DNA from: Candidatus Woesebacteria bacterium
Lineage (GTDB): Bacteria > Patescibacteriota > Microgenomatia > UBA8517
Length of the DNA stretch: 64,000 nt
Direction: 5' to 3'
NCBI GenBank assembly: GCA_016432525.1
Contig: CP066693.1
Coordinates: 288,815 to 352,814 of the forward strand
Positions 59,194 to 64,000 of this stretch are shown piece by piece. Position 1 is the stretch's first letter. Each line of letters begins with the position of its first letter. The notes under the pieces were generated by a model that was given only the letters and a program-made list of their open reading frames with translations, ran no database searches and had not been told where the DNA came from. A program made the translations under genes and the position numbers.

Positions 59194-60162
59194 ATGGGAA
59201 AACTGCCTACCCAAACATATTTTGATATCTACAGTGACAAAAATCCGTTTGAGGCTTTAAGAAGTAGTTTAAAACTTAAATCTCTAAAAACAAGACAAGA
59301 CTTCCACAAAAAGCATGCTCATGCTGTAAAAATCCTCAAAAATAAAAACGTTGACCTTGAAAAAATCAGGCAAAGAGGAGGAAAAATTGCTGCATCGTCA
59401 GCCCTAGCTGGTGCTCTGTTTCTTGTTCCTCCAACTCTTGCAACCAAAATTCCTCCTCCAGAAGTAGTTGCCAAAAAAGGCGAGACAACCATTGCTGTTT
59501 CTTATCCTAAAATTGATTTTGTAAAAGAAATGGCAAAAATATTACCAGAAAAAGCAGACGGCCTTACTCGTGATCAGGAAAAAACTCTTGAACAACTCTT
59601 TAAAAATGTTTTAGGAGTAAAGTCTAAAGCAACTTTGGAAGGCGAACATTTAAATTCAACATATGGATTAATTGGAGCAGAGCAACATTTATATCGATTT
59701 CCAGGTGATACTATTTCAGAACACGGTGAAGGTGACGTTTTAAATGAAGGAATAGCTCCAGGTTTGGGAGCATGGGGATATTTTGCCCCTTCAAAAGCTC
59801 AATTGACTAAAACTCTGGAAAATGATGAAAAATGGTACGCAGTTGTACAAACTCTTTACCTTCCAGATTGGAATACCAGAACAGCCTTTCTTCGCGACTG
59901 GTATAAGTACAGAAAAGTTCTAATCGTCAATACAGTAAATGGGAACGCCGTTGTAGCAGACATTGCAGATTCTGGTCCGGCCAAATTTACTGGAAAAATT
60001 TTTGGTGGCAGCCCAGAAGTCATGACTGCACTTGGAGGTATAAAATACAAAAAAGGCCCTGTGGTTTTATTTTTTGTCGATGACCCACAAAACCAAGTAC
60101 CTCTTGGTCCAGTAGAGTATAATAAGTTAAATTTAGCTGACGTAACTCTGAAACAAATATGA
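59194..60162 (+). CDS. hypothetical secreted protein with an RlpA-like double-psi beta-barrel (DPBB) C-terminal domain
   Basis: signal anchor, then LIVNTVNGNAVVADIADSGPAKFTGKIFGGSPEVMTALGG, which resembles the RlpA/expansin DPBB core. Confidence 0.45.
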   Translation: MGKLPTQTYFDIYSDKNPFEALRSSLKLKSLKTRQDFHKKHAHAVKILKNKNVDLEKIRQRGGKIAASSALAGALFLVPPTLATKIPPPEVVAKKGETTIAVSYPKIDFVKEMAKILPEKADGLTRDQEKTLEQLFKNVLGVKSKATLEGEHLNSTYGLIGAEQHLYRFPGDTISEHGEGDVLNEGIAPGLGAWGYFAPSKAQLTKTLENDEKWYAVVQTLYLPDWNTRTAFLRDWYKYRKVLIVNTVNGNAVVADIADSGPAKFTGKIFGGSPEVMTALGGIKYKKGPVVLFFVDDPQNQVPLGPVEYNKLNLADVTLKQI

Positions 60163-60506
60163 AAAAAGTTAAAAACAAAAATTTAGTATTTTACGATCAT
60201 TTAATAGACCTATCAGATATTAGTGAAAAAATAAAAAAGAAAGGTCTGTCAAAAGAGGAGCATGATGAGCTAATGACTATAATCGACGAAATGATTCACC
60301 ATCGAGTCGTCGGTTGCATTTTAGACAAACTTCCGAAAAACTATCATGAGGAATTTTTAGGACATTTTAGCGACCGTCCTCATGATGAAAACTTGCTTAC
60401 TTACTTAAAAGAAAAAGCAGGTGAAGACCTATCAGAGTTTATAAAAACCGAAGTACGTCTGCTTGCCTCCGAGCTTCATGAAGAAATAGATAGAAAACTA
60501 AGTTAA
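60159..60506 (+). CDS. hypothetical protein
   Basis: 115 aa, acidic, overlaps the upstream stop; no recognised motif. Confidence 0.35.
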   Translation: MKKVKNKNLVFYDHLIDLSDISEKIKKKGLSKEEHDELMTIIDEMIHHRVVGCILDKLPKNYHEEFLGHFSDRPHDENLLTYLKEKAGEDLSEFIKTEVRLLASELHEEIDRKLS

Positions 60507-60521
60507 ATAGTATAATAGGCT

Positions 60522-60845
60522 ATGGATAAAAATTATGGCGGAGTTGTTTGGACAAATCATGCTCTCCAAAGATTAAATGAAAGAAGGGTAACACAAGGAG
60601 ATGCATGGGCAACTTTTAACCGTCCTGATCAAAGCCGCTATGCTCAAACAAAAGGAGCTTGGATTTACTATAAAACTTATGGAGACCAAAGAATTGAGGT
60701 TGTTGCTAAAAAAGATGAAAAAGGGAAATGGATTATTTTATCTGTCTGGAGTAGACCAGTGTTTCAAAAAACATCCCCACATTACACCAAGACTAAAGAT
60801 AGCTTAATTTTAAAAATCCTTAAAACAATCTTCGGAGTTAAATAA
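60522..60845 (+). CDS. DUF4258-like small protein (predicted toxin-type RNase fold)
   Basis: WTNHALQRLNERRV matches the H-A-x-x-R-x-x-E-R core of the DUF4258 family. Confidence 0.4.
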   Translation: MDKNYGGVVWTNHALQRLNERRVTQGDAWATFNRPDQSRYAQTKGAWIYYKTYGDQRIEVVAKKDEKGKWIILSVWSRPVFQKTSPHYTKTKDSLILKILKTIFGVK

Positions 60846-60860
60846 ACTCTACATTTCTTT

Positions 60861-63290
60861 TTATCTCTCTTTAACAAAACTGTTAGCAAACTTAAATATT
60901 TCAACAACAAAAAAGACTGCAATAGATAAAAATATCGCAATCAAAAAATGGAACATTCTAAGCTCAGCTACACCAAAAAATTCTCTTGTTGATCTGTTTA
61001 TAAAAGGAATTAATTGCAGAAAAAATCCTCCTAATACAGCAAGTATCAAAACCTTATTTTCAAATAGATGATTTTTCCAAAAAGGAACCTTAAGTGATCT
61101 TACTGAAAAAACGTACGAAAGTGAGTTTAATCCAAGTGTTATAAATGCCATAGATCTTGCAAGCTCTAAATTCGAAGAAATTTTATAAGTAACATAAAAA
61201 GTCAAAAGAGCCGCAATTCCAGCAAAAGTACTTACTATCGAAATTAGGACAATCATCCATTTGGTTACAAGCTTTTCAGAAAAAGATTTAGGGCTATCTT
61301 TCATAATATCAGCTCTTTTGGGATCAATTGTCAAAGCAATCCCCGGAAAACCATCAGACACCAAATTAATCCAAATTATTTGAATAGCAGTAACAGGAAG
61401 AGGTAAACCCAAGGCAATTCCCCCAATTACTACAACAATTTCAGAAAAAGCATCACACATTAAATAAAGTATTATTTTTCTTATATTCTCAAAAATAACT
61501 CTTCCTTCTTCGATAGTAGAAATAATTGTAGAAAAGTTTGAGTCCAACAAAACTAAATCAGCAGATTCTCGAGAAACATCACTTGCATCATTTACTACAA
61601 TTCCTATATCGGCCTCATGAATTGCAGGTGCATCATTTACTCCATCTCCCATCATAGAAACAACCTCGCCGTTCTTTTTCAAAGCCTGAATAATTTTATA
61701 CTTCTGATCTGGAGTAGTTCTAGCAAAAAGTTTTACTTTATGAAGCCTCTTTGAAAGTCCTTCCAAACTTAAATTTGAAAGTTCGCGCCCTTCTATCACC
61801 TCATCGTTTGACACTTTCATCCCAATTTCAGACAAAACATATTTAGCAGTTTCAGCATAATCTCCAGTTATTACAATAATCTTAACGTGTGCAAAATTTG
61901 CCATCTTCAAAGCATCGGCAACAGTTGATCTAACAGGATCAAAAAAAGCCAAAAGTCCTACCCAATCTAAACCTTTTTTAACATCATCTAAATTAATCTC
62001 TCTTTTTGTTTTTGGGATTTCCTTTCTTGCAAGTCCAATTATTCTTCTACCTCTCACGCTCATTTCTTTAATTTTTGCTAAAATCTCTGATTTTTCACTT
62101 TCACCTAAATTACTCCATTCAACCAAAACTTCAGGAGCTCCATTCACAAACAACATATTTTTCTTACTGTCCCATTCATTGATGCTTGCAAAAAATCTAT
62201 CTTTTGGCGAAAAGGGGATACTGTCAATTCTTTTGTATTCTGCGTCATACTCTTTATCAATATTTTTCGCCCAATCATAAGCCGCAATTACAATTGGATC
62301 ATCCAAATCATTAGCAATAAGCATTTGTCTCGCCAAATCCTTTTCATTTCCACTAAATTCAACAACTTGCATTTTCCCTTCAGTCAAAGTTCCTGTTTTA
62401 TCAATACAGATAGTAGTAACACCTCCAAGAGTTTCTGCAGACTCAAGTTTTCTAACCAATCCTTTTCTTTTTAAAATTTTCTGCATTCCAAAAGCTAAAA
62501 CAACAGTTAAAGAAACCAAAAGTCCTTCAGGAATGCTGGAAACCGCCAAAGCAACAGAAGTTGTAAATATTTCAATTACCGGTTCCCCTCTCAAAATTCC
62601 TATTATAAAAACGAAAGAAAGAAGCAGTAAAACAACAATCACAAGTTTTTTACTAAAATCAGACAATTGTTTACGAAGTGGAGTTTCCTCTTGAACTTCC
62701 TGAATTTCTTTGGCAATCGAACCTATTCGAGTTTTAGATCCAGTAAGTCCAACTTCCATTAAAGCTTGTCCGGCAGTTACCGTTGCTCCCATAAAGACCT
62801 CATCAGATATTTTTTTCGAGACAGGTTCGCTTTCTCCAGTAATAATTGCCTCATTAAAATAAGCTCTATTTACAAAAACAAGTTTGCCGTCAGCTGGAAT
62901 TTTTGTTCCCTGCGACAAAATTATCAAATCTCCAGGAACAATTTTTGAAGTCTCAATTCTTTTCTTCTCACCATCCCTCAAAACCTCAGATTTATAAATT
63001 ATAAATTTTTTTAACGCCCAAAAAGCCTGATTTGCCTTTTTTTCTTGAATAAATCCAAGTATCGTATTTATTCCGACTGACAAAAAAATAATCAAGGAAT
63101 CAGGAATATGCCTCAATATTAGTGTGACAATTCCTGAAAAAATCAAAACATACACTAAAGGATCTTTAAGTTGAGATAAAAAAAGTAAAATGTCAGAAGG
63201 AGGAGGTTTTTCGGGTAATACGTTTTCTCCGTATTGTTCCAATCTTCGTTGAGCTTCTTGTGATGTTAAGCCTTTCCGATCTAAAAACAT
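60861..63290 (-). CDS. cation-transporting P-type ATPase (P2-type, Ca2+/Mg2+-like)
   Basis: phosphorylation motif ICIDKTGTLTEG, hinge GDGVNDAPA, TGES loop and 10 TM segments; likely start at MFLDRKGLTSQEA (63290), the ORF being open to 63350. Confidence 0.85.
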   Translation of the reverse strand: MFLDRKGLTSQEAQRRLEQYGENVLPEKPPPSDILLFLSQLKDPLVYVLIFSGIVTLILRHIPDSLIIFLSVGINTILGFIQEKKANQAFWALKKFIIYKSEVLRDGEKKRIETSKIVPGDLIILSQGTKIPADGKLVFVNRAYFNEAIITGESEPVSKKISDEVFMGATVTAGQALMEVGLTGSKTRIGSIAKEIQEVQEETPLRKQLSDFSKKLVIVVLLLLSFVFIIGILRGEPVIEIFTTSVALAVSSIPEGLLVSLTVVLAFGMQKILKRKGLVRKLESAETLGGVTTICIDKTGTLTEGKMQVVEFSGNEKDLARQMLIANDLDDPIVIAAYDWAKNIDKEYDAEYKRIDSIPFSPKDRFFASINEWDSKKNMLFVNGAPEVLVEWSNLGESEKSEILAKIKEMSVRGRRIIGLARKEIPKTKREINLDDVKKGLDWVGLLAFFDPVRSTVADALKMANFAHVKIIVITGDYAETAKYVLSEIGMKVSNDEVIEGRELSNLSLEGLSKRLHKVKLFARTTPDQKYKIIQALKKNGEVVSMMGDGVNDAPAIHEADIGIVVNDASDVSRESADLVLLDSNFSTIISTIEEGRVIFENIRKIILYLMCDAFSEIVVVIGGIALGLPLPVTAIQIIWINLVSDGFPGIALTIDPKRADIMKDSPKSFSEKLVTKWMIVLISIVSTFAGIAALLTFYVTYKISSNLELARSMAFITLGLNSLSYVFSVRSLKVPFWKNHLFENKVLILAVLGGFFLQLIPFINRSTREFFGVAELRMFHFLIAIFLSIAVFFVVEIFKFANSFVKER

Positions 63291-63497
63291 TTCTACTATC
63301 CAGCCAAAGCTCGTTTTATAGCATCGCGAACATTTTTCCCTCTGTACCACTTTTTATAAAATACCAAAGAAGGACCTTTATAAGAACTATTTAAATAATG
63401 CTTATTTACGCGTCCTCCCTTTTGAAGAAAATTTTCAATGATTTCCTCTAACGTTTTATTCTCTATATTTCATTATAGCACACTCCAAAAATTTTAA

Positions 63498-64000
63498 TCA
63501 TTGGCTAACTTTTGGAGCTGGAGTTAATCCCAAAAGCTCTGAAACTTTTACAAATTCATAGCCTCTTTTTTTTAGATTTGATATTAATTCTGGTAAAGCT
63601 TCAGCAGTTTTTGGAGCATTTGGTGCGCCATTTAAGTGAAGAATGATAATTGAACCATTCTGGGTATTACTTAAAACATTGTTAACAATCTGCTGATTGT
63701 TAGTGTTAAATCCATCGTTACCTGATACATCCCAATGAACAACAGTATCGTTTGCTTCGTTCACAAGTTTTACATCATCTGGTGTATAACATCCGCCAGG
63801 AAATCTAAAAAGTCTATTGTCTATATGTGCATGTTCTCTTATAAGTTTTTCAGTAGCCCCGATATCCTCAACCTTTACAGTATTCGGTAGCTGCTTTAGA
63901 CCGAAACAAAATCCGTAATATGAGCTATCAGTATAAGAATGACTCCCAATTTCAAAAAGCGGATTTTTTGACAAATCACTTGTTACATCAGGGTAGAGCT
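63498..64000 (-). CDS. polysaccharide deacetylase (NodB-homology) family protein, partial, running off the window end
   Basis: NodB motifs HSYTD, RFPGG and IILHL; the N-terminal DDG motif should lie beyond nt 64000. Confidence 0.6.
   Translation of the reverse strand, partial: LYPDVTSDLSKNPLFEIGSHSYTDSSYYGFCFGLKQLPNTVKVEDIGATEKLIREHAHIDNRLFRFPGGCYTPDDVKLVNEANDTVVHWDVSGNDGFNTNNQQIVNNVLSNTQNGSIIILHLNGAPNAPKTAEALPELISNLKKRGYEFVKVSELLGLTPAPKVSQ

Noticed and set aside
60601-60807. 68-aa ORF in an alternative frame inside the DUF4258-like gene
   Set aside because: It is fully nested in a different frame of a better-supported ORF.
1-64000. CRISPR arrays, rRNA genes, transposase genes and large tandem repeats
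   Set aside because: I found no regularly spaced direct repeats, no rRNA-like conserved blocks and no transposase motifs. The only recombinase is the serine recombinase at 39373-40908.

Overview
This is a low-GC (~33-35%) bacterial chromosomal window with a dense ribosomal and translation core (basis: mixed). The core runs: a fused rpoB-rpoC ORF, then rpsL-rpsG, then fusA and tuf (with insertions before each), then a complete S10-spc-alpha ribosomal block (rpsJ, rplC..rplO, secY-adk-map-infA-rpmJ, rpsM-K-D, rpoA, rplQ, rplM, rpsI). Flanking housekeeping genes include alaS (catalytic core only), ruvX, mltG, recA-recX, rny, hup, miaA, RNase P RNA, dtd, nth-like, cca, recJ, rel, aspS, dacA-like, gltX and a P-type ATPase. 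Several traits suggest a reduced-genome lineage of the CPR/Patescibacteria type, by inference only: no L30 gene, L15 cut to 73 aa, short aaRSs, a compact RNase P RNA, many small overlapping genes and a sortase. Code 11 is in use, since TGA serves as a stop. Accessory or unusual parts are: (i) an actin-like-ATPase/TM/extracellular 688-aa protein plus sortase inserted between alaS and ruvX; (ii) small genes, including a PIN-like protein with an overlapping upstream ORF, inserted inside the str operon; (iii) a GC-rich ~400-bp insert between rpsJ and rplC carrying a promoter, a 7-codon ORF and a terminator on the plus strand, and a frameshifted small ORF on the minus strand; (iv) a small island at 37.2-41.0 kb with an orphan beta-class DNA methyltransferase, a SAM methyltransferase and a large serine recombinase whose 3' end overlaps a tRNA-Pro(GGG), with a perfect 20-bp palindrome upstream of the recombinase. 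No CRISPR array and no rRNA were seen.
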